A stretch of 64,000 nucleotides of DNA from NCBI GenBank assembly GCA_039028615.1, contig JBCCHT010000027.1, positions 1 through 64,000 on the forward strand, read 5' to 3'. This stretch comes from Myxococcota bacterium. Its GTDB lineage: Bacteria > Myxococcota_A > Polyangia > Nannocystales > Nannocystaceae. The notes below the pieces were generated by a model, which saw only the letters and a list, made by a program, of their open reading frames with translations, was not told the DNA's origin and made no database searches. Made by a program: the position numbers and the translations under genes. Shown here in pieces: positions 27,266-35,800 of the stretch (position 1 is the first letter of the stretch; the number at the start of each line of letters is the position of its first letter).

Positions 27266-27922
27266 ATGAACCCGCCCCCCATCGTCATCGCCGCTCGTTC
27301 GGGGCACGATGCTTCGGTGCGTCGGCATACCACCCGCGGAGCCACGCTGATCAGCGTGCTGCTGGTCGTGCTCGCCCTGGCCGCGATCGCGGTGCTGAGC
27401 GTGCGCAGTGCGAGCCGAGAGATCCGCGGCGCCTCGGCGCAGGTGCAGCGCGAGCGCGCGCGAGACAGCGCGGCCGCAGCATGGGCCCTGGCTTCCGCGC
27501 GAGTGCAGGCCCTGTCCCCGACCCAGCTCGATGCCGTCCTCGCGGGAAGTCGCCCCCAGGCGTCCGACTGCCCCGACACGTGTCGCGACTGTCTGCCTCA
27601 GGGCATGGAGTGGACCACCTCGAAGCTCGGCACCACGGGAATCTGTACCGGCCGTCTGTGCGCACGACCGGGTGCGGTCGCTCAGCTGCCCGACGCCAGC
27701 GGGACCGCCACGCACTGGTGCGACATGCCGCTGCGCCAGCTGCTGCCCGACAGCGAGGCCGACACGCGGGTATCCGTCTGGATCCGCAACGACATCCCCG
27801 ATGCCCTCGACGGCGGCGGCTGGCGTCGCGACGACAACCGCGAAGTCGTGCTCACCGCCATCGCGCAGGTGGGCGGCGTGCAAGCGATCGAGCAGGGGCG
27901 CACGAGCCTCGGCTCGCCGTGA
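27266..27922 (+). CDS. PilX-like minor pilin (type IV pilus assembly)
   Basis: Prepilin-like RG|ATLISVLLVVLALAAIAV followed by an A...A helix; Cys-rich head. Confidence 0.65.
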   Translation: MNPPPIVIAARSGHDASVRRHTTRGATLISVLLVVLALAAIAVLSVRSASREIRGASAQVQRERARDSAAAAWALASARVQALSPTQLDAVLAGSRPQASDCPDTCRDCLPQGMEWTTSKLGTTGICTGRLCARPGAVAQLPDASGTATHWCDMPLRQLLPDSEADTRVSVWIRNDIPDALDGGGWRRDDNREVVLTAIAQVGGVQAIEQGRTSLGSP

Positions 27923-27937
27923 TCGCTCCCCCCGCGC

Positions 27938-28741
27938 TCAACACTCGCACTCGCCCTTGGTGGGCTTGGCGTCGTGCACCACGCGGAGGCCGAACTCATA
28001 GTTGAACGCGGCCGTCGGCGTCGGGCTGGAGACTCGCACCAGGATGTCCCCCTCGCCCTCGAGCACCTGGCCGTAGGCGGTCCATCGGTACACGCGGCCG
28101 ACGTCGCTGACGAAGTCGAGGAGCATGGCCGAGGTCTCGGTGTTGTAGGCCTCGACCCGCACCGTGTTGTCCGGCGAGGCGGGCAGCGTGTGCTCGTCGC
28201 ACCCGCTGCATTCCCCGTCGTTGCCCTCGACCACCACGAAGAACCGAAAGTGGTAGAAGCCGTTGGGGTCGTCGCGTTTTTCGAGCTCGAGCGCGCTGAC
28301 CGGGAACAGGTACCAGTCCTCGGTGCCCGCACACAGCCGAGCCTGGCCCGTCGCCTGCACGTCGAAGCCGTTGTCGCCCGGATCCCACTGATCGTGCAGG
28401 CTGGCCATCTCGGCGGCGTCGTTGGGCTCCCATGTATCGTCGTCCGGGCACTCGACGGGTGGCGGCGGCTCGCCGGAGCTCGACGAATCGACGTCACCGC
28501 TGGTGTCGGCCCCGTCGCTGGTCGCCAGCGGGTCCCCGGTCGTGCTCGTGTTCGGTGGATCGGTGGGCTCGCGGTCGGTCTCGGCCCCCGATGTCGCCGA
28601 TCCATCGGACGTGTCCCCCGGCTGTGCCGAACCGGCCGTGGTCGTCGACGCCGTGCCCTCTTGGCCATCGCTCACCGACCCCGGTCCACAACCAAGGACG
28701 AACACCGCGAGCAGCGGGCTCCGCATTCGCAGCACATCCAT
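27938..28741 (-). CDS. Lipoprotein with Ser/Thr linker and PPC-like (DxxEPND) domain
   Basis: Lipobox VLGC; DDDTWEPND; EDWY. Start uncertain. Confidence 0.7.
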   Translation of the reverse strand: MDVLRMRSPLLAVFVLGCGPGSVSDGQEGTASTTTAGSAQPGDTSDGSATSGAETDREPTDPPNTSTTGDPLATSDGADTSGDVDSSSSGEPPPPVECPDDDTWEPNDAAEMASLHDQWDPGDNGFDVQATGQARLCAGTEDWYLFPVSALELEKRDDPNGFYHFRFFVVVEGNDGECSGCDEHTLPASPDNTVRVEAYNTETSAMLLDFVSDVGRVYRWTAYGQVLEGEGDILVRVSSPTPTAAFNYEFGLRVVHDAKPTKGECEC

Positions 28742-28869
28742 CGAACCCGATCACGCTACCACGCCGCCGACCTTCATCGACTGGCCCACTCCGGCCCGAT
28801 GAGGACATCGACGACCCGTGAACGATGGTCGCCGAAGGAGGTCGCGCGAAGGCGCGCGCGCTCTGTCTC

Positions 28870-29409
28870 TCACTGCAAACAACGCACGGTCACCCCCGCG
28901 GGCCACGTCGCTTCATCGGGCAACCCGGGGCCCGTGGCCTTGGCGACCTCGGTGTAGGCGGGATGCCAATCGCCGTTGCGATGAAAGCCCTCGTAGATGA
29001 TCGCCCAGTTCTGCGGCGAGCTCTCCGATGCCTTCACGTAGTCGGAGAAGATGTAGTCCTCCCAGTGTTTCTGTAGGTGGTAGCCCTTCTGCGGATCCCA
29101 GGTGTAGACGCCATTGACGAAGTTGCCGCGGCAGTCGGCCACCTTCACCTCGAGCTTGTGGCAGAAGCCGTTCATCTCGCTGGTGGGCAGGTCGACGCCC
29201 TCGGCCCGCAGCTCGACGGGCGCATCGGGGAACGGATCCGTGCCGTCCGAGTCGACGGCGAGCGCTTCGATCTCCTCCTCGGGACCCCTCTCCTCCAGGT
29301 CGCAGGCGCAGAGGGTCAGCACACTCACCAGACTCAGCCCCGCGCGAGCGATCCATCGCGAGATCGAGGGACTGGACTGGAACTCGTTGGGACGACTGAT
29401 GATGTTCAT
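28870..29409 (-). CDS. Hypothetical lipoprotein
   Basis: LCAC lipobox, acidic linker, small aromatic-rich domain. Confidence 0.65.
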   Translation of the reverse strand: MNIISRPNEFQSSPSISRWIARAGLSLVSVLTLCACDLEERGPEEEIEALAVDSDGTDPFPDAPVELRAEGVDLPTSEMNGFCHKLEVKVADCRGNFVNGVYTWDPQKGYHLQKHWEDYIFSDYVKASESSPQNWAIIYEGFHRNGDWHPAYTEVAKATGPGLPDEATWPAGVTVRCLQ

Positions 29410-29552
29410 GGCGCTCGGCGGACGAGGCCACGCCGAGCCTGCCGCCCTCATCGGCGCACAGGCGAGCGGGTCCCGTCACTCCCGAACGGTAAGTGACCCA
29501 GGCAGGGGTTTTCTGTTCACCCCGCGGACGACGCGGGGCCGCGCCGGACCAC

Positions 29553-31226
29553 TCAGCCCGGCGACATTACGAACGGGTACGTCACGATCACGTTCCCGCC
29601 CCCGCGCGGCTTGGGGAACTTCCAGCGCTTGACCGCCTTGGCGATGCACTTGGCCACCTGCGGATCGCCCATCGAGTCGGCCTCGACGACCGAGCTTCCC
29701 ACCTTGCCCGCGGACGTGATGACGAAGTTGATGGCGACGCGTCCCTCGAGCGTCGGGTCCTTGGTGAGCCCCTTGTTGTAGCAACTACGCACTTCGTTGA
29801 TGTGCGCGCGCACGATGCGGCGAATGATGTCCTTGTCGAGGGAGCCCACCACCTTCGCCTTGGCCTGACGCACCCGGGGCACTCGCTTGCCGCGACCGCC
29901 GAAGCCCGCGCCCGATCCACGCCCGTACCCGCTACCCGTGCCGCCGCCCGTGCCACGACCGATGAGACCGGTGGAGCCCAGGCCGATCGTGCCGCCACCG
30001 GGGGACCCGGCGTTCTCGCTCACCGCGGACGGACTGAAGCACAGCACCACGGCGGCCCCGCTCCGACCATTGAGCGGAAGGTCGAAGCACGAATGACCCC
30101 CCTCGTCGCGCGGTGCCGCGTCGAACTCGTGGTCCTTGGTCACCAGCCCGGCCGTGGTTCCGTCGGCCCACTTCACCTCGGTGCCCGCATGGACCGTCCA
30201 CGTGGTGGGCGTGGAACGGCCCGTGCCGACCAGGCCGAGACCGCCGACGCCGTACGCTTCACCGACTTCGGTTCCGGTCAGGCCGCCCCAGACGTCCTCG
30301 TCGTCGGAGCCCACCGCGAACGCGCCCCCGTAGGGCGACGCCAGAAAGTGACCGCTCTCTGCGGCCATCACCCCCAGCACCCCCGAGGGCACCGTTGGCG
30401 GGGGAGCGTGCAGCCGCTCGTCGGAGACCTGCGCCACCACCTCGACGCAACGGTTGCGCAGCTTCACGCGCGAGTACCCGGACGTGGCCGCCTCGACGCC
30501 GTACACCGCCAGCCCGTACCCGGTCTCGTGGAGCCCCTTCTCGGCGAGGATATTGCTGCCGTACAGCAGCGAGTGTCCGTCCTTCGGGGGGAGCGACGAC
30601 GTGTTGCCCGCGAGTTCACGCGCCGTGCCCGGCTCGTAGTACAGGCCGATCGAATCGGCTCCGACGTCGACCCGCACCGTGGTCCCGAGCACCGAGATGT
30701 CCTGCGGCCCCACCACCTCGCCCAGGGGCACACCACGGGACACGTGCAGCTCCGTCCCGTCCTCGTATTTCTTGGAAAAATCCTTGGCGAGCACGGGCAG
30801 CAGGTCATCCGACGCCATGTACATGCGCAGCCGGAAGTCCTCGAGCCCCTTCAGCGACGCGGTGCAGTGGTGCTCGAGCGGGTTGGTCGACAGAAGCTCG
30901 ACCGCCAAGCGGCCGTCCTTCGCGCCCACCACGTTGATCGTCAGGCCCGGCGCCTTGTCCAGCGGCGGCAGCTCGAACCCCACGTCGCCCGTACTCGTCT
31001 GGAAGAACAACGACCCGACCTTCGCCACCGCGTGCCCCGTGGGCGGCGGAGGCTCGGGAGCCACTGCCTCTTTGACCACCTTGGCCACCGCCGACGGCTC
31101 GCTCCCGACATCGGGGGAGGCCGCCTCCGGTTTGGATGCCTCGGGCTCCGCCGCCTCATCCTTGCAGGCGCCGGTCAGCGCCAGCAGCCCGCCCAACATC
31201 ACCCAACAACGATCGCGACGATGCAT
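29553..31226 (-). CDS. Lipoprotein with Gly-rich linker and AgmX/PglI-type (TonB-like) C-terminal domain
   Basis: GSLDKDIIRRIVRAHINEVRSCY...LEGRVAINFVI...VAKCI...WKFPKP...VTYPF; lipobox TGAC. Confidence 0.88.
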   Translation of the reverse strand: MHRRDRCWVMLGGLLALTGACKDEAAEPEASKPEAASPDVGSEPSAVAKVVKEAVAPEPPPPTGHAVAKVGSLFFQTSTGDVGFELPPLDKAPGLTINVVGAKDGRLAVELLSTNPLEHHCTASLKGLEDFRLRMYMASDDLLPVLAKDFSKKYEDGTELHVSRGVPLGEVVGPQDISVLGTTVRVDVGADSIGLYYEPGTARELAGNTSSLPPKDGHSLLYGSNILAEKGLHETGYGLAVYGVEAATSGYSRVKLRNRCVEVVAQVSDERLHAPPPTVPSGVLGVMAAESGHFLASPYGGAFAVGSDDEDVWGGLTGTEVGEAYGVGGLGLVGTGRSTPTTWTVHAGTEVKWADGTTAGLVTKDHEFDAAPRDEGGHSCFDLPLNGRSGAAVVLCFSPSAVSENAGSPGGGTIGLGSTGLIGRGTGGGTGSGYGRGSGAGFGGRGKRVPRVRQAKAKVVGSLDKDIIRRIVRAHINEVRSCYNKGLTKDPTLEGRVAINFVITSAGKVGSSVVEADSMGDPQVAKCIAKAVKRWKFPKPRGGGNVIVTYPFVMSPG

Positions 31227-31551
31227 GAGCAGCTAGCGTACACCGCAGCGGGCCCCCCTGCCGCTCGGCCCACCAGCCGCCCTTCGACGGGCCAGCAGGA
31301 GGCCGCACGCGTGGTGTTCCGATGAGTTTTGGCGTCGCCGTGCAGCCATGGGAAGAACACTGACGGTCGACGCTGTGCCTAGGGCGATTCCCAGCCGGCC
31401 GATCGATAAGATCGCGAGCCGACGAGCGCCGCACGGAGCAATGGGACTCCACGAGCCTCGGCCGGGGCCCTCCCGCCGCACGTGTTCGCGGCGGCCGCTC
31501 GAGATTTCGTGATCAGCCCGGCGCGGGGGTGCACCGCTCGTATGAGGACCG

Positions 31552-31908
31552 ATGTTCGTCATACGCGCTCGCCAATTGCCAACCCTCCAACACGACGCGC
31601 TCGCGGGGCTCGTCGAACGCATCGCGGATTTCATCCGCTCTCACGTGGACGCAAACGGGACGGCGCCCGCCGAGGATTCACTTCGCGCGCTGGTGGTCGA
31701 AGGGGTGAGCCTGGGCCTTCGCAGCGAGCGCGAGCTGGCGTTGTTCGTGACGGCGGGGCACCTGCTCGGGCCGGGCTTCACCGAGCCGGGGTGCGCCGTG
31801 ACCGAGCTGCTCTCCGAGCCCGGCTTGTCGCCGCTGGAACGAGCCCAACGCCTCGGCGCATTGGTCGACGAAGTCTCCGATCGTGGACCTCGACTGGGGG
31901 TCGACTAG
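31552..31908 (+). CDS. Small helical protein resembling those found beside DUF4123/VgrG effector loci
   Basis: MFVIRARQL...LGLRSERELALFV...LGPGF pattern; GAGGA RBS. Confidence 0.55.
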   Translation: MFVIRARQLPTLQHDALAGLVERIADFIRSHVDANGTAPAEDSLRALVVEGVSLGLRSERELALFVTAGHLLGPGFTEPGCAVTELLSEPGLSPLERAQRLGALVDEVSDRGPRLGVD

Positions 31909-31911
31909 CGC

Positions 31912-33429
31912 ATGCCGTGCAACAACTGCGGGAAGCCGAGCGTCACGAGCCTCCGCTGCACGTGCGGCAACATGCAGATCGAGGTCTGCGCCAGCATCAT
32001 ATGTCAGCCGCCCAGCTGGGTCTCGTGCACGCTTTGCAACAGCCGCCCCACGGGGCCGCCCCCACCGTCGACCCGGTCGACCACGGCTCCATCGAAGCGC
32101 ACGTCGTCGCGCGACGTGCCGATGCTCGAGATGAAGATGGAGTCGACCTCGAGCACGCCGACGACATCGACCACCACGACGCTCACCGCCAAGCAACGGT
32201 TCCAGGTCATCGCGTCACAGTTCCCGCAGCGGAAGTCGGTGTCCCTGTCAACCAAGCTGGCTCAGGCCTTCAGCGCAGAGTCGGCGTTCTCGGTCACCAC
32301 CGGATGTGACGAGGCATCACCGAGCCTGCTGTCGCTGACCTTCCACGGGGAGCCCCTGCAGGTCAAAGGCATCTCGGAGGTGACCCCTCCCGAGCTGACA
32401 CCAGGACTCGTGCCCCCGAACTCGACCACGCCCCACTGGCAGCACGACGAGCACGGCTGCTACCCGGGCCTGTTCGATGCCTCCCAGCCGATGGCCGTGT
32501 CGGTGACGCTGGATGCCGATGGCCTCGCGCTCGACGAGTACGAGCTGCTCGGTGTCTCCCGCCAAGGCGGCATCGTGTGCAACGAGTCCACGCTGACGAG
32601 CGCGACCACGTTCCGCTGCACGCTCCAGGCGTACAGTACGGCGGCGGGCATCAGCGCCTGGACGATGGAGTGGGCGCTGCGCAAAAAGGGCACCCTCGAG
32701 CACTTCATCATCGGCAGCTGCGACATCAACCTGATCTTCGCGTGGGGCCGCCCCTGCGGGCGGTGGACGGGCAAGGCGGTCTGGTACGAGGCCCTGTGGG
32801 TGGCCCTGGGTCGCTGCGGCAGCAACCGCCAAAAGACGCAGAAGCTCTGCCTCGGCGCCATCGTCGATGGACTGGTCCAGTCCGACGGTCTGCGCTACGA
32901 CACCCTGATGGGCGCAGCCGGCTGCGGCTGGACCCCGCTCGAGGACACGCCCGCACCGTTCAACCTCGCCAAGTTCATCCAGGTGGAAGCCGGCGTCTTC
33001 AACAAGACCGGCTTCTACGAGATCAGCCCCGGAGTCATGGGCATGCGCATGCCGGTCAGCGTGTCCTGCTACGACCTGTCGGCGGGACTATGCCTGCTCG
33101 GGTGCGCGCTCGGCCTGAACATGGAGGTGATCATGATGGGCAACCCCGACTCCTCCAGCAGCACCGTCACCATGTCCATCCGAGACGACCTGCGGGCGGT
33201 GGGTTTCCTGACCAGCCACTCCACCGTCGGTGCCTTCGCGACCCACGTGTGCACCCGCTTCGCGGGCGAGATCTACGACGCGGTGATGAGCCCGGTCGAC
33301 ACGGACGGGGTGCACCCGCTGTTCGGATTGAGCGCCACCGCCTACTTCACCGCGACCGTCTCCAGCAGCACCCAGCGAGCGCGGCTGCCATCGACGATTC
33401 GCACGCTCGCCCTGCCCTTCGATGCCTGA
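31912..33429 (+). CDS. Zn-ribbon-like N-terminus plus C-terminal transglutaminase/papain-like domain
   Basis: CNNC, CTC, C...C and CTLC in the first 45 aa; putative triad VSCYD...ALG, FATHV, IYDA. Confidence 0.6.
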   Translation: MPCNNCGKPSVTSLRCTCGNMQIEVCASIICQPPSWVSCTLCNSRPTGPPPPSTRSTTAPSKRTSSRDVPMLEMKMESTSSTPTTSTTTTLTAKQRFQVIASQFPQRKSVSLSTKLAQAFSAESAFSVTTGCDEASPSLLSLTFHGEPLQVKGISEVTPPELTPGLVPPNSTTPHWQHDEHGCYPGLFDASQPMAVSVTLDADGLALDEYELLGVSRQGGIVCNESTLTSATTFRCTLQAYSTAAGISAWTMEWALRKKGTLEHFIIGSCDINLIFAWGRPCGRWTGKAVWYEALWVALGRCGSNRQKTQKLCLGAIVDGLVQSDGLRYDTLMGAAGCGWTPLEDTPAPFNLAKFIQVEAGVFNKTGFYEISPGVMGMRMPVSVSCYDLSAGLCLLGCALGLNMEVIMMGNPDSSSSTVTMSIRDDLRAVGFLTSHSTVGAFATHVCTRFAGEIYDAVMSPVDTDGVHPLFGLSATAYFTATVSSSTQRARLPSTIRTLALPFDA

Positions 33430-33447
33430 GGGCAACCGCTGGGACGC

Positions 33448-34245
33448 TCAGCCAATGCGACGAGGCCGGTAGGTCACCTCGTCGAGCGACTGACTCTTGG
33501 CCGCCGTCTTTTGGTTGGGCCGCCCGAACAGGCGCATCTGCGCCCACCGCTCGCGTCGCAGCAGGGTCCGCAGCGAGCCATGGCTGATGTCGTTGAGCAG
33601 GCGCTTGGTCATCGCGATCGCATCCGGGCTACGGCGGGCGACCTTGCGGGCCAGCTCGAGTGCCGCCGCCTCGGGATCGTCTTCGATGCGCGTCACCAGG
33701 CCCACCGCCTGCGCGCGCTCGGCCCCGACGCGCTCGCCGGTCATGGTGAGCTCTTTGAGGTGGTCGAGACGGATCTGCTCGCGGAACACCACGGTGCCGC
33801 CCATGTCGGGCACCAGGCCGTAGCAAATCTCCATGATCGAGAACTCGGCGTCCGCGGTGCAGAGCCGGAAGTCTGCACCCAGGGCGATCTGAAGGCCTCC
33901 GCCGAAGCACTTGCCGTGCACCACCGCGATGACGGGCACGGGCAGGTCGCGCCAGGCCAGCGAGACCCGCTGCACCCGGTTCATGCGGCTGAGCGGGGCG
34001 TTGACGAAGATCTTGGCCAGAAAAAGCGGGTTGCGCTTGGCGCTGGCGAAGTCGAGGCCGCTGCAGAAGCTCGGGCCTTCGCCCCGCAGGATCACGCTGC
34101 GAATGCTCGAGTCGCGACCGATCGACTTCGCCGCCGCGAGCAAGCCGTCGATCATCGCCTCGTCGAGCGCGTTGTGCTTGTCGGGGCGACTGAGGGTGAC
34201 GGTGGCGATGCCCTGGTCGATGTGGATGCGTACGCGGTCGTTCAT
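33448..34245 (-). CDS. Enoyl-CoA hydratase/isomerase (crotonase) family
   Basis: LSRPDKHNALD, FCSGLD, CFGGGLQIAL, GLVPDMGG. Confidence 0.93.
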   Translation of the reverse strand: MNDRVRIHIDQGIATVTLSRPDKHNALDEAMIDGLLAAAKSIGRDSSIRSVILRGEGPSFCSGLDFASAKRNPLFLAKIFVNAPLSRMNRVQRVSLAWRDLPVPVIAVVHGKCFGGGLQIALGADFRLCTADAEFSIMEICYGLVPDMGGTVVFREQIRLDHLKELTMTGERVGAERAQAVGLVTRIEDDPEAAALELARKVARRSPDAIAMTKRLLNDISHGSLRTLLRRERWAQMRLFGRPNQKTAAKSQSLDEVTYRPRRIG

Positions 34246-34306
34246 GTCGGTTCCTGGTCGGGCCCGGGCGGTCGCTCCGGCGACCGCGGACGCGGAGCGG
34301 GGCGGC

Positions 34307-34783
34307 TCAGTCGCCGTCGCCGTCTTCGACGCTGGCAATCGCCTCGGCGGGCGTGGCCTCGCCCTTCAGCACCGATTGCAGCGCGTCGAAGTACACCCCG
34401 GTCATCGTCAGGTTGGTGTCGATCAGGTTGTGGCACATCTGCGAGGTCAGCTCGACCTTCTCCAGGTCGATGGCCGTCTTGAAGCAGATTTCGCCGTCGT
34501 CGAGGTCGAGCTCCCAGTTGCCGATGGGCAGGGCGTAGTTGGCCCGGGTGATGAACTCCATGACCTGCGGGCGCACCTTCTTCTTCGCGGACTCGAGCAT
34601 CGTCGAGTAGAAGACCAGGCGGTGGCCGTCCTCGTCGATGAGCACCGCGCCGTCCCACTGGCGACCGTCGTCGTCCTCGAGCAAGAACGCGATCGTCTGA
34701 TCGCCGTCCTCGTCCTTCTTCCAGTCGTCGGCTTTGAACTCCTCACGCAGGAAGGCGGAGATTCCGTCGAAGATGCGGCTCAT
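34307..34783 (-). CDS. YbjN-domain protein
   Basis: VMEFITRANYALPIGNWELDLDDGEICFKT. Confidence 0.85.
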   Translation of the reverse strand: MSRIFDGISAFLREEFKADDWKKDEDGDQTIAFLLEDDDGRQWDGAVLIDEDGHRLVFYSTMLESAKKKVRPQVMEFITRANYALPIGNWELDLDDGEICFKTAIDLEKVELTSQMCHNLIDTNLTMTGVYFDALQSVLKGEATPAEAIASVEDGDGD

Positions 34784-34795
34784 GCCGCGCTCTTA

Positions 34796-35800
34796 TCATA
34801 CCGAGGCGTCGCTTTGGGTCGGCGACGCCGCGATCTGCTGCGCAGCGTCCTGCAGCCGGGCCAGCAGCCGTCGCGTCGCAGCGACCCGATGACGCCAGGG
34901 CGGTACGTGCACGGCCAAGCCGGACTCCTGCGTGAGCCTCGCATAGGCCTCGTCTCGCGCGTCGAGCAACCCGTTCAGCTCGCGCACGACCCGGGGCAAC
35001 GCACCATACTCGGCCGCACTCCGCAGCAGGCGCTCGAGCATCCCGCTACGGCCGCCAAACCCTTGCGGTAGCTCGCAGCGCCTCGCCAACGCCTCGAGGT
35101 CGCGGCGCGCGAGATACACCCCGCTGCGGATCGGCGTGACCAACAGCTCGGCCACCTTGGCCAGGCCGGTTCGCGGCTCGTCGAGCAACGCGACCGGCTC
35201 GCGCGGAGGTTCGACGGGCAGCGTAGGGCCGACGCTCGGCTCGGTGAGCGCAGCCCGGTGGCCCGCGAGCACCCCCACCGCCATCTCGACCACCCGGGTC
35301 CACAACGAGCAGGGTTGCCCCGTCAGCGCCCCCGACAGCGCGGGCATCCAGGGAAGGAGGGCTTCGTCGAGCACCCGCGCCTGCCATCCGCGCAGCGTCT
35401 CCACATCGGCGTCGGCGTGGTGCTCTGCGGCATCCAGCTCGGCGTCGCACAGCGTGGCCAAAAGGCGCAGCGCTTGGCCCAAGTGATCGGGGCTCGGGTC
35501 GTCGGGGCAGGACAGGCCGAGCGCGGCATGAGCCCGGCGCACGACTTCGACGGGTCGACCGCCTCCGACCAATCCGCTGGGATCGACGAAGACCCCGGCA
35601 AAGGGAAACAGCTCGTGCCCGAACAAGGCGTAGTGCTCGGCGGACAGCTCGTCGACGGAAGCGTCATCGGGTAGCCCGTGCGCCAGCGGAGGCAGAGCTC
35701 GCACGGTTCGCAGGCGCGGCTCGTCCACGCCCTCGACGAGCAGCGCGCCCAGCAGCGCGTAGGCCCGGCGGCGTGCCTCGACCACGGAGCGCTCGCTCAT
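34796..35800 (-). CDS. TorD/DmsD-family molybdoenzyme maturation chaperone
   Basis: MSERSVV start overlaps the catalytic-subunit stop (ATGA); PDHLGQAL motif; LLPWMP. Confidence 0.85.
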   Translation of the reverse strand: MSERSVVEARRRAYALLGALLVEGVDEPRLRTVRALPPLAHGLPDDASVDELSAEHYALFGHELFPFAGVFVDPSGLVGGGRPVEVVRRAHAALGLSCPDDPSPDHLGQALRLLATLCDAELDAAEHHADADVETLRGWQARVLDEALLPWMPALSGALTGQPCSLWTRVVEMAVGVLAGHRAALTEPSVGPTLPVEPPREPVALLDEPRTGLAKVAELLVTPIRSGVYLARRDLEALARRCELPQGFGGRSGMLERLLRSAAEYGALPRVVRELNGLLDARDEAYARLTQESGLAVHVPPWRHRVAATRRLLARLQDAAQQIAASPTQSDASV

